Below the pieces are notes generated by a model, which worked only from the letters and a program-made list of their open reading frames with translations, made no database searches and was not told where the DNA came from. From the NCBI GenBank assembly GCA_029782225.1, contig JAKOVF010000005.1, positions 12,949 through 76,948 of the forward strand: DNA of 64,000 nt, written 5' to 3'. Of this stretch, positions 27,288 to 36,320 are shown in pieces. The DNA is from Chloroflexota bacterium. GTDB taxonomy: Bacteria > Chloroflexota > Anaerolineae > Anaerolineales > Villigracilaceae. Position numbers and translations under genes: made by a program. The number at the start of each line of letters is the position of its first letter. Within the stretch, counting starts at the first letter, position 1.

Positions 27288-28982
27288 TCAACCTTCGGGA
27301 GGCTGTGCATCAGCGCGGGCGCGGCGGCGATCCCGCATCCACCCTGCACCAATAATAACTAGCCAGAATCCCGCGATGAGCGCCACCATGGGGCCAAAAC
27401 TCATTTTCCCGCCGATCTGAAAATAACGGTCAGCATACCATTCACCAAAGAAGGCCAGCAGAACGCCTTCCATCAGAAGGATGCGTGTGAACCACGGATT
27501 TTTGGACTCGCGCCACGAGACCCAGGCATAACCCGCCAGAACTGACTGCCATACGAAGAGGATCGCACGATAGCGGGGATTATCCCACTGGTCGCCGCCG
27601 CCTCGTAAAGCAGCAAACAGGATCCACGTCCAGGCAATGACCGTGATCCAAATCCAGAGCTTGCGATTCTTATCGGACCCCGGTCCTGCCGCGGCCACGA
27701 GAGAGAAAATCAACACCGGGAGCAGGCTCCACCAACCCAGGGCACGCAAAACGCCGATGACCCGCCAGATGAGCGTCGTCGGCTCGATGAAAGCAGGAAT
27801 GACAACCGGCTGCAAGACTCCATACGCGACCACAAAGGGCAGATGTAACCAATCTGGAAATTGATCGAAGATCAATTGCACGCGCCCCGAGCCGCGCTCC
27901 AGTTGATACACATCCCAACTCACCGCGCCGCGCAGGAAATTGTTGATGATGCCAATCGGCGTCTCGCCGCGCAGATTGCCCTGCCGATCCAGGGCGGACG
28001 AGAGGATGAACAGCCCTGCGACAAAAACGACAGCGATCCCAACGATCACCCACCAGGGGATGCGGCCGCGCTCACTGGTGAAATAGATCCATCCAGCAAA
28101 AATGACGAGAGTGGCCAATGCCACCGCGGGTGAGACCAGCAGCATGCCGACAATGCCGAGACCAAACCAAAGTAACGCCTTTTTGGAGCCCGACGGCAAG
28201 CTGTCGGCTGCAAGAACTTGCGCCTGTACTCCAAACTTCGACCAACTGACAAATCCCCACAACGTCAACGCACTGAACAACATCAAGTATGGCTCGCGCA
28301 TGGCAGAACCACCCAGCAAAACGCTTTCAGGGTATAACGCATAAATCCAACACGCGACAACTGCAATTTTCTCTCCCCACTGTTGATTTGCCGCTTTCCA
28401 CAAAAAGGGCAGGCTCAACGCAGCCATCAAAGCCGAGAGCAGGACCAACATCAAAGGGCGGTGCGTATCGGGAGAGAGATAACGATAGATCAGCGCGCTA
28501 AACGCCAGCAAGCCGCCATATTGATCGTAGGCATAGGTCTTGCTAAATGCATCAAATATCGGCAGGTCCGAACTCGCCAGGTCCCAGGCCTGCGCATCGC
28601 GTCGGTGTGCGTCAGTGTAAACATAGCCTGCCTTATCATCCCCGCGTTCATCTTGATAACCATTGATCGGCAGCAGCAAATAAGTTGCCACTCCGCCAGC
28701 TAACCGCAATCCAAACGCCAGGGCGACCATCCAGGTAAGCACCTTCGCACTGCGAAGTCCCAGTGTACTTCTGGGAAGCGGAGGGGCAGCGTTCTTCTGC
28801 ACCGCAGCCGAAACACCCCACCTTGTAGCCAGTGTGAGCAGCAACAACGAAAGAAGAAAGAGGAAGGAGAATCCCAGCCAGCCGATGAACCGGTTGCCAG
28901 GCTGGAGGAGCGCTAAAACCGTCCCGAGACTAAGAGAAAGCGGCAAAATCCAGAGAAAATCGTGTCGAGAGAGATGTTTCAT
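27288..28982 (-). CDS. Polytopic membrane protein (~12 TM), possibly a GT-C-type glycosyltransferase
   Basis: Hydrophobicity pattern, a GYQDERGDD loop and a PESVLLGGSAMREPY segment. It is the first gene upstream of gmd in the operon. Confidence 0.35.
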   Translation of the reverse strand: MKHLSRHDFLWILPLSLSLGTVLALLQPGNRFIGWLGFSFLFLLSLLLLTLATRWGVSAAVQKNAAPPLPRSTLGLRSAKVLTWMVALAFGLRLAGGVATYLLLPINGYQDERGDDKAGYVYTDAHRRDAQAWDLASSDLPIFDAFSKTYAYDQYGGLLAFSALIYRYLSPDTHRPLMLVLLSALMAALSLPFLWKAANQQWGEKIAVVACWIYALYPESVLLGGSAMREPYLMLFSALTLWGFVSWSKFGVQAQVLAADSLPSGSKKALLWFGLGIVGMLLVSPAVALATLVIFAGWIYFTSERGRIPWWVIVGIAVVFVAGLFILSSALDRQGNLRGETPIGIINNFLRGAVSWDVYQLERGSGRVQLIFDQFPDWLHLPFVVAYGVLQPVVIPAFIEPTTLIWRVIGVLRALGWWSLLPVLIFSLVAAAGPGSDKNRKLWIWITVIAWTWILFAALRGGGDQWDNPRYRAILFVWQSVLAGYAWVSWRESKNPWFTRILLMEGVLLAFFGEWYADRYFQIGGKMSFGPMVALIAGFWLVIIGAGWMRDRRRARADAQPPEG

Positions 28983-29132
28983 ATTCCCACTTTTACCACG
29001 AAGTGATAAAAAGCATGAAATAGAGTCGCCAGCCTGGATGATAGGAATATAATTCTGTTACCAACCTGTTTGAGCTATCGAGAACTGAGCCAACTTTATG
29101 GTTACACAGCCGATCAACTTTAGGAGTAAGCC

Positions 29133-29885
29133 ATGGACAATGTTCAAACCTTCTCGCAAGGTTCGGAGCAATATGCCAAACATCGACCACAATACCCCGA
29201 AGAATTGTTCTCTTATTTGAATGAGATCGCCGACGAGCACAAATCCGCCTGGGACTGCGCCACCGGCAACGGACAGGCGGCACTTTCATGCGCCAAATAC
29301 TTTGACCGTGTTGAAGCAACCGATATCAGCGCAGAACAGCTGCAACATCGTGCAATTCATCCGAGAATAAACTATATTATTTCCACCGCCGAGCACCCGC
29401 CATTCCATCACGATTCATTTGATCTGGTTGTCTCGGCAACAGCCGTCCACTGGTTTGATCAGCCACAATTCTTCCGGGAAGTCGACCGCGTATTGAGACC
29501 CTCAGGGATTCTTGCCATATGGGCATATGGTTTCTTTGCTATCGAACCCGAAATGGACAAGCTCATTGCAAAGGAATTCATTGAACCCATTGATCCGTTC
29601 TGGGCAAGCGGCAATCGCCAAATGTTCAATGGCTATCGCGATGTAGCCCTCCCATTTGACGAGATCCGCGATCCGCCGACTTTTGAGATGCGGATTGAAT
29701 GGAATTTGGAACAGTTATTGGCGTTTTTACGAACATGGTCGGCGGTGAAACGCTATGAAGTTGAGCTGGGTCACGATCCCGTTGATAGATTGAAAACAAA
29801 GTTGGAAACAGTCTGGAACGAGCCTGAAGAAGTCAAAGTTATGAAAATGCCTGTATTCTTTAGAGCAAGCAGAAAGTCTGCGTGA
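29133..29885 (+). CDS. Class I SAM-dependent methyltransferase
   Basis: AWDCATGNGQAAL motif I, a VVSATAVHWF region and an overall Methyltransf_11-like layout. Confidence 0.75.
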   Translation: MDNVQTFSQGSEQYAKHRPQYPEELFSYLNEIADEHKSAWDCATGNGQAALSCAKYFDRVEATDISAEQLQHRAIHPRINYIISTAEHPPFHHDSFDLVVSATAVHWFDQPQFFREVDRVLRPSGILAIWAYGFFAIEPEMDKLIAKEFIEPIDPFWASGNRQMFNGYRDVALPFDEIRDPPTFEMRIEWNLEQLLAFLRTWSAVKRYEVELGHDPVDRLKTKLETVWNEPEEVKVMKMPVFFRASRKSA

Positions 29886-29898
29886 AGATACGAAATGA

Positions 29899-30336
29899 TT
29901 GAGGAAAGGATCACTGATTGTTATGTCTGCACCCAACTATCCTGTTCTTGAACTGCGCGTTGCGCTCACCACCAGCGATTATGAACGCCTGACGACATTC
30001 TATTGCGAAGGGCTTGGGCTCGAGCCTGCCGCGATATGGAACAACGGCCAGGGCCGGGCGCTGATGCTCGACATGGGCAATGCCACGCTGGAGCTTTTTG
30101 ACGAAGCGCAGGCAGCGACCATTGACGAAATCGAAGCGGAGCAGCGCATCAGTGGACAGATCCGTTTTGCGCTTCAGGTGCCGGACCTGAAGGCCGCGAT
30201 GGAGCGATTACTTGCCCACGGTGCGACGCTGGTCCATCCGCCGGTGATCACGCCGTGGGGCGATTCCAATGTGCGGCTGCAGGACCCCGATGGTATGCAA
30301 ATTACGCTATTTCAGAAAAGTGAACCGGAGAAGTGA
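29899..30336 (+). CDS. VOC (glyoxalase/bleomycin-resistance/dioxygenase) family protein
   Basis: Paired beta-alpha-beta-beta-beta pattern, CEGLGLEP, and His/Glu metal ligands (H at LAHGAT, E at LELFDE). Confidence 0.65.
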   Translation: MRKGSLIVMSAPNYPVLELRVALTTSDYERLTTFYCEGLGLEPAAIWNNGQGRALMLDMGNATLELFDEAQAATIDEIEAEQRISGQIRFALQVPDLKAAMERLLAHGATLVHPPVITPWGDSNVRLQDPDGMQITLFQKSEPEK

Positions 30337-30978
30337 ATGAGAGACAGAGTTCTCGATGAGCAAATCGAATACTATCGTGCCCGCGCGCAGGAATATGCCG
30401 CGTCCATTTCAAGCACAGTTGAAATGTTTGAGCCTGGAAGGGCCATGCTGCTCCAACTGGGAAAGTTTGACCAGATCCTTGAACTGGCGTGCGGCACGGG
30501 ATTTTGGACAGAAACCCTGTTGAGAATGGGAAGTCAGGTCACCGCCGTGGACGCCGCGCCGGAAATGCTCAATATCACGAAAGCAAGGCTCGGCGAGGAG
30601 CGGATCAAATATCAGCAGGCAGATTTGTTTCAGTGGGAGCCGAAGGGAGAGTATGACCTTGTATTCTTTGCAAACTGGCTATCGCATGTCCCGCCCTTTG
30701 CGCTGGATGATTTTCTGGATAAAGTTCGCCGCGCCATCCACCCGGGTGGATACCTTGCCATCGTTGACCAGCATGCCCCCAGCAACACCGATAAGGAAGT
30801 GGCGAAGGAGTATATCTACGCCACGCGTCCGCTGGAGAATGGACGTCAATTCACTATCGTAAAGGCGTTTTACAAGCTTGATGATCTACAGAAAAAACTG
30901 GAACGCCTGGGCTTTGAAGTCACAGTAAGCAAATTCGCAGATGTGTTCTTCTTTCTTGCCGGAAAGCGAGCGAAATAG
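30337..30978 (+). CDS. Class I SAM-dependent methyltransferase
   Basis: ILELACGTGFWTE motif I followed by VTAVDAAPEM. The stop of the upstream gene and this start are fused (TGAATG). Confidence 0.75.
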   Translation: MRDRVLDEQIEYYRARAQEYAASISSTVEMFEPGRAMLLQLGKFDQILELACGTGFWTETLLRMGSQVTAVDAAPEMLNITKARLGEERIKYQQADLFQWEPKGEYDLVFFANWLSHVPPFALDDFLDKVRRAIHPGGYLAIVDQHAPSNTDKEVAKEYIYATRPLENGRQFTIVKAFYKLDDLQKKLERLGFEVTVSKFADVFFFLAGKRAK

Positions 30979-31109
30979 TTTATCTATCGACCACTGCGGA
31001 GTTTCGACTGCCGACTGGACAAGCCACATTGGATTCAGCAATCTTGTAAGAATATTGTAAATACAGTGTCTAGGAATTAAGTGATATAAGAACACATGCA
31101 ATGATCTAC

Positions 31110-31138
31110 TTGTAAACATGGAACTTATGTTCTATAAT
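31110..31138 (+). promoter_or_regulatory. Near-consensus sigma-70 type promoter: TTGTAA, 17 bp, TATAAT
   Basis: Seen directly: ttgtaa acatggaacttatgttc tataat, followed by an AGGAGA RBS and an ATG at 31160. Confidence 0.6.
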
Positions 31139-31159
31139 CTTGAGTGCAGGAGAGCTATT

Positions 31160-31387
31160 ATGTCTAACAACCTAAAACCCTGGTTCCGCGAAGATATTGC
31201 ACGCGCAATAATGAGCATATATTTTTCATCTCTTGTTTCAAGGCCGAGAAAACAGACGAATGATGAATATAGGGCCGGCTTCGCGGCAGCATTATCAAGC
31301 CTAGCAATTGTAATGGGCATCAATCCTGAAAGTATCCTTCAGGGCGAAGATATACAACTGCTTCGCGATGTATCCAATCGACCCTAA
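31160..31387 (+). CDS. Small hypothetical protein (75 aa; MSNNLKPWFREDIARAIMSIYFSS...) in an AT-rich islet
   Basis: ORF with a strong promoter and RBS. The ORF track shows a longer version from 31118. No recognisable domain. Confidence 0.4.
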   Translation: MSNNLKPWFREDIARAIMSIYFSSLVSRPRKQTNDEYRAGFAAALSSLAIVMGINPESILQGEDIQLLRDVSNRP

Positions 31388-31391
31388 CATT

Positions 31392-32621
31392 CTACTGACT
31401 GGAATTATCTGGCAACTGTTTCTGATCTGAATTGCTGTTTTCGGCAGTTCCATTTTTGCCTTGTTTTTCCAGTAAACCTTTAGCCAGATTAGTTAGTTCC
31501 AAAGGCAGAATATATTTTGTTGCGTTTCCCTCACCCAGGCTCTTAAGCGTGTCGTAGTATTTCAGGGATTTTGTTTTTTCATCCATTTCAGTTGCCGCCT
31601 CATTAAGCATCCTTAAGGCCTGTGCTTCTCCATCTGCCTCAATTACTGTCGCTTTTCTTTGCCATTCCGCCGAGACTTGTTTGTGCATTGAATCTACAAT
31701 TTCCTTGGGCGGTTTGATCTCCCGGATCTCCATTGTTGTAACATAAACACCCCAATCCGCACTGATCTCATCGATCTTTTGCTTTAGCAGATCATTGATG
31801 CTTTCTCGCTGGTTCAACACATCATTGAACTTAAAGTGAGCAATAACAGCACGCAGAAGGGCGGTTGCCAGCAAACGGATCGACTCTTCAGCGTCAGTTA
31901 CTTTGGTTATGCTCCAAATCGGTTCTTGTATCTTCCAGTAGAATACAAAATCAACATCGAGTTGTACATTGTCTTGTGTAATACAGGTTTCATGAGGGAC
32001 TTCTTGATGTTTTACCCGTAGGTCCACGCTTTGAGGTTTATCAAGAAACGGAAGAACCAATATCGGCCCTGGACCCCGCTTTCCAATACACTTTCCTAAT
32101 CGAAAAATGACAAGGTTTTCAAATTCGGGAACCTTGCGAAACGACATGATGAAATAGCCAATTAACAACGCGATAATAAAAATGTAAATTGTTATTGCCA
32201 GAATGGTATGCAGTAACCCACTCATATTTAGCAGGTAGATTACAAAAAACAGTGTTACGAATGTGACAGGGGTTATGATCCAATAAATAAACTCTGGAAA
32301 TGAACCGAATGGATGTATATTCCATTTATCAGAATCCCTTTTAGCTTTCTTCTCATCAATTGGCTTAGGAATGTTGTATCCGAGGCTTAACAATAAATTC
32401 GATCCTTCTTTTGAGAGTCGATAACCATCGCTTTCGATCTCAACAGTTTTGTTCTTTTCAAGCAATACAATGCGATTCCAGATCTCACCCATAGGTTGAC
32501 CTATAGCTCTGGAAATCTCATGAACCGAGAAATGCTTCTTGCTGCGCAGGAACAGGAGGATCTGAAGGGATATTTGATCCAGTGAAATAACTTCAAGATT
32601 AGGTTGCATACATTCCTCCAC
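31392..32621 (-). CDS. SPFH/band-7 (stomatin-like) domain protein with an N-terminal winged-helix domain and two TM helices
   Basis: N-terminal ~75 aa look like a wHTH (SVHEISRAIGQP...VLLEKNKTVE...YRLSKEG), followed by two hydrophobic helices. The SPFH core runs LVIFRLGKCIGKRGPGPILVLPFLD...VQLDVDFVFYW...ATVIEADGEAQA. The region is noticeably AT-richer than its flanks. Confidence 0.7.
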   Translation of the reverse strand: MEECMQPNLEVISLDQISLQILLFLRSKKHFSVHEISRAIGQPMGEIWNRIVLLEKNKTVEIESDGYRLSKEGSNLLLSLGYNIPKPIDEKKAKRDSDKWNIHPFGSFPEFIYWIITPVTFVTLFFVIYLLNMSGLLHTILAITIYIFIIALLIGYFIMSFRKVPEFENLVIFRLGKCIGKRGPGPILVLPFLDKPQSVDLRVKHQEVPHETCITQDNVQLDVDFVFYWKIQEPIWSITKVTDAEESIRLLATALLRAVIAHFKFNDVLNQRESINDLLKQKIDEISADWGVYVTTMEIREIKPPKEIVDSMHKQVSAEWQRKATVIEADGEAQALRMLNEAATEMDEKTKSLKYYDTLKSLGEGNATKYILPLELTNLAKGLLEKQGKNGTAENSNSDQKQLPDNSSQ

Positions 32622-32680
32622 TATGGTTCTCCCTTAAACTATACAGCCCCCAGAAAACTTCTACAAGTACCAAATGTCAT

Positions 32681-33886
32681 TCAATCCAATTTCGGGTTTG
32701 CCCTGCGCATCACCCTCTCTTCCCTCTTCATCCACGTAAACTTCTCCACTTCTCGCTGCGCTTGGGCGCCCAGCATCAGCCTGCGTGCTTCATCTCGAAG
32801 CAAAGACTCAATCGTCAGTCTCCAGGCTCGAATTATCAATTCTGAATTACCACTTACTTGCTGGTCTCGATAAGGCAGGATAGCACTGCCTACTCGACCA
32901 GATGTTGGTTCACAAAACACCGCATTCCCCTCATTCAACACTTCCCGGATCGACGGCAGATCCGCTGAAACTATGGCGCGCCCGGCGGCCATGTACTCGA
33001 ACATCTTCATCGGGTTAATGACTTCGGCGATGTCCTGTCCGCTGCTGCCTTCCACCGAGCGGCTATAGGGCATGAGCAAAATGTCCGCGGCGGCCTGATA
33101 AAGCGGGATCTTTTCATGCTGGAGGAAGCCTGTCATCGTAACGTTCGTTACATGCGCTTCGCCCAGCTTGCCACGCCAAAGTTCCACCAACTCAGGCGTC
33201 CCACCCACCCACAAGAACCGGACCTCTGGCATCTGTTTCGCCAATTCGAACAACAGGTCCGCGCCGCGGCCGGGGTAGATGTGGCCCGTGAATCCAACGG
33301 TTGGACATTCGGGCAAATCCAACTGACGACGCGCTTCCGAGGGATCAGGCAATCCCGTGTAGCGCTCGAGTTCGACGCCGTTCGGCGCGACCAGCACCGC
33401 ATCATTCGGGAACTTGAGCTGGGTCGAACGTTCTAGTGCATTTCTCAACGCTGACGTAGTCACCGTCATCAGCTTGCGGCCGCGCGCCTTCCAGAATTGA
33501 CTCAGCCACCACGCGCCCATGCGCCCGGCCACGTCCGCATGCATTTCGAGGATGGCAGGATAGCCGAGCCAGAGTCCCAGCGCGGCAGATTGCGGCAGCC
33601 AGGTATAAATCAGGTCTGCGTGGAAGCGTCTCGCGGCAAGCGCGGCGTGGAGGATAAAGTCAAAGCGTTTGAGATGCCGATTTGACGGAAGCCATTCAAG
33701 GTCAGGAGTGGAGCGCAGACCGTAATGTGAGGCGAGGGCCTGTTTGGAAACAGCGTCGCCTTCACGAGGGGCGAACATGCAAATTTCGTGATCCAACTGA
33801 ATCAAGGCCTGTGCGACCTTCATCGCCTGGATCGAATTGGCCGTGAGGGAGGGAATCCGCGAGTTGGTGATGAGGGCGATTTTCAT
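32681..33886 (-). CDS. Glycosyltransferase family 4. Start at MKIALIT.
   Basis: MKIALITNSRIP N-terminus, typical GT-B layout, and a C-terminal GFTGHIYPGRG...EGSSGQ sugar-donor binding region. Confidence 0.75.
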   Translation of the reverse strand: MKIALITNSRIPSLTANSIQAMKVAQALIQLDHEICMFAPREGDAVSKQALASHYGLRSTPDLEWLPSNRHLKRFDFILHAALAARRFHADLIYTWLPQSAALGLWLGYPAILEMHADVAGRMGAWWLSQFWKARGRKLMTVTTSALRNALERSTQLKFPNDAVLVAPNGVELERYTGLPDPSEARRQLDLPECPTVGFTGHIYPGRGADLLFELAKQMPEVRFLWVGGTPELVELWRGKLGEAHVTNVTMTGFLQHEKIPLYQAAADILLMPYSRSVEGSSGQDIAEVINPMKMFEYMAAGRAIVSADLPSIREVLNEGNAVFCEPTSGRVGSAILPYRDQQVSGNSELIIRAWRLTIESLLRDEARRLMLGAQAQREVEKFTWMKREERVMRRANPKLD

Positions 33887-35190
33887 TTGATTTCCTGCAC
33901 GCCGCGCCAAGCCATGATACCCACCGATGAAATGTAGTAGAACGAAAGCAGGACGCCGGCACCCACAATGCCGAACTGCGGGATCAGCCAGAATGCCAGC
34001 CCAAGCTTGATGAGGCCAACAGTGAGTGTGACATAGATGGGAATTTCAGGCAGCCCCAGCGAAAGCAGCAACGGTCGATTCCAGAAGAGAGTGTAGTTGA
34101 AGACGAGGCCAACTGTGAGGGCGATCAGCGCAGGATAAGCGGCGAGATATTCTTCACCCGAGTAAATGATGATAACCCAGCGGCCCAAAAGGATGAGGCC
34201 CAGGCCGAGTGCAAGATTATATGCGAAGGAAAGCGCGGTGATCTTACGCAGGAAGTCACGCAGGCGCGGCCATGCCTTTTCCACGATGAGGCGGTTGATT
34301 TCAGGGAAGGTGGTCGAGATGAGCGGGTCGGCAGGGACGGCAAGGAAACTCACAAGGGTATAGGCGATGCTGTAATATCCTACGGCCGTTTTGGTGAGAA
34401 AGAAAGCCACCCACAGCAATTCACTCTCGCGGAAGATCTTGATGATGGTCGCACTGATGTTGGAACTCACCGCGAAGCGGATTAGTTCGCGCGGCGACGT
34501 AAGCGAGGTGAGAGGCTGCTTCCACCAGCCACCGCCGAGGGCGCGATGCAATTGCAGCTGTGCCGTAATGAACAGGCCGAGGCCGAGGATCGTTTTGCTC
34601 AACAGGTATGCAACCAAAACGATTTGCAGGGTGCCGCTCCATATATAGGCGGCCACGATGATGAGCGATGTAATGACGCTTTGTGCAAGATTAAGTGTGC
34701 CCTGCCATTTGATCCTGTCTGTGACCTGTAAAATGCCCGTGGATGTCTCTGTATTGAAGTTCGCCAGCAGGCCGAATGCGTAGAATGAAAACATCCATGC
34801 CACGCCGCTGGTCTTGGCAAAATAACGCTCGGCCAGTCCCGCCGAGAACACGACGATCAAAAACGCCAGCATGGACACGGCAGCTTCGGTCAATCCGGCA
34901 GCTTTCATAAGGGCGGAGGCCCTTTCCTTTTCCCCTTTGGCCAGATATTCGCCTCCATAGCGTACGACCAGTTCGCTCATCCGAAAGGACAGAATGCTGT
35001 TGATCGTGGATGCATACACCATCACGACCTTGAGGAGGCCCAGTCCTTCCGGCGCGAGCAGGCGTGCAACCAGGGCTCCCTGAATAACGCTCAATCCCAG
35101 GCTGAGAGTATTGCTGGTAAATAAATGTGCGCTGGAACGGAGCACACGCGTAAACAAAGGATCTGATTTGACTCTGGAGAGCAGAGACAT
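33883..35190 (-). CDS. MOP-superfamily polysaccharide flippase (Wzx-like)
   Basis: About 12-14 TM helices and a 'polysaccharide biosynthesis protein' family pattern in the N-terminal region (SNTLSLGLSVIQGALVARLLAPEGLG). Confidence 0.65.
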   Translation of the reverse strand: MSLLSRVKSDPLFTRVLRSSAHLFTSNTLSLGLSVIQGALVARLLAPEGLGLLKVVMVYASTINSILSFRMSELVVRYGGEYLAKGEKERASALMKAAGLTEAAVSMLAFLIVVFSAGLAERYFAKTSGVAWMFSFYAFGLLANFNTETSTGILQVTDRIKWQGTLNLAQSVITSLIIVAAYIWSGTLQIVLVAYLLSKTILGLGLFITAQLQLHRALGGGWWKQPLTSLTSPRELIRFAVSSNISATIIKIFRESELLWVAFFLTKTAVGYYSIAYTLVSFLAVPADPLISTTFPEINRLIVEKAWPRLRDFLRKITALSFAYNLALGLGLILLGRWVIIIYSGEEYLAAYPALIALTVGLVFNYTLFWNRPLLLSLGLPEIPIYVTLTVGLIKLGLAFWLIPQFGIVGAGVLLSFYYISSVGIMAWRGVQEIK

Positions 35191-35211
35191 GAAGGAAATT
35201 ATAAACGGTCT

Positions 35212-35247
35212 AAAAAATCTCCGAGTTCCTTCTGAACCCGGAGATTT
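35212..35247 (-). terminator. Rho-independent terminator on the minus strand after the epimerase gene (AAATCTCCG stem, T6 tail)
   Basis: Minus strand reads aaatctccgggttcagaaggaactcggagatttttt. Confidence 0.6.
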
Positions 35248-35254
35248 GCCTTTA

Positions 35255-36241
35255 CTATAGCGTCAGGACTTCCTTTGCCCATTCACGTTCTTCGTTATAC
35301 CAGGCAATCAGGTTGGCAATTCCCTCCCGCAAGTTGACCTGTGGATTCCAGCCGAGCATTTCGCGCGCCTTCGACACGTCTGCCTGATTGGTGAACATAT
35401 CCGCCAGATTGGGCGGTCCATACTGGACTTTGGCCTGCTTGCCAGTCAATTCTTCGATCATCTCGACCAGTCCATTAATCGTGACAACTTCGTGGCCGCC
35501 AAGGTTGATGATCTCGTAGCCCAAAGGCTTGAGGGCGGCAATCGTCCCTCGTGCAATATCGTCCACGTAGGTGAAGCCGCGCGATTGTTGGCCGTCCCCA
35601 TAAATCCTGACCGGTTCGCCTTCCGTGATCCACTTTACGAAGCGGAACATGGCGAGGTCCGGGCGGCCCGCCGGGCCATAGACGGTGAAATAGCGGACAA
35701 CAGTCACATCGATGTCGTAGAGATGATGATAGGAGTGGGCGATCGCTTCCGCCCCTTTTTTGCTGGCCGCGTAAGGCTGCATAGGTTCACTGCTGGAGGC
35801 GGTTTCAGGCGTCGGGTAGGGAGGATTCGCCCCATAAATGCTGGAAGTGGAGGCGAGCACGAATTTCCTGCATCCATGTTGGCGACAGATTTCCAGCATG
35901 TTCAGCGTGCCAGTCACATTGGATTCGAGAAATACCCAGGGATCTTCCACGCTGTAGCGGACGCCGGCGCGCGCAGCGAGATTGATCACGCCGTCAAATT
36001 TCCGGTCTACGATTGCCGAATGGCGATTGATGATACCGCGTTCAGAGATGTCATCGCGGATAAACTGGAAGCCATCCAGCGCCTGCAGCTTTTTCAGGCG
36101 ATGTTCCTTCATACGGGGGTCGTAGGCGTTGTTCATGTTGTCAATGCCAACGACCGTATGTCCCTGCTCGATCAGCATTTGCGAAGTGCGTGCGCCGATA
36201 AAACCTGCCGCGCCTGTGACCAGATAATGTCCCATCGTCAT
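35255..36241 (-). CDS. NAD-dependent nucleotide-sugar epimerase, UDP-glucuronate 4-epimerase-like
   Basis: YLVTGAAGFIGAR Rossmann motif, DNMNNAYDPRMKEHRL and a YAASKKGAE catalytic YxxxK, with the overall pattern of GalE-like UDP-uronate epimerases. Confidence 0.75.
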   Translation of the reverse strand: MTMGHYLVTGAAGFIGARTSQMLIEQGHTVVGIDNMNNAYDPRMKEHRLKKLQALDGFQFIRDDISERGIINRHSAIVDRKFDGVINLAARAGVRYSVEDPWVFLESNVTGTLNMLEICRQHGCRKFVLASTSSIYGANPPYPTPETASSSEPMQPYAASKKGAEAIAHSYHHLYDIDVTVVRYFTVYGPAGRPDLAMFRFVKWITEGEPVRIYGDGQQSRGFTYVDDIARGTIAALKPLGYEIINLGGHEVVTINGLVEMIEELTGKQAKVQYGPPNLADMFTNQADVSKAREMLGWNPQVNLREGIANLIAWYNEEREWAKEVLTL

Positions 36242-36320
36242 CTCCCTGTCAAAAGCGCCGGAGTGTCGAAATGTCAGAATGTCGATCCGACACTTTTGAC
36301 ACCTGACACTCCGACACAGA

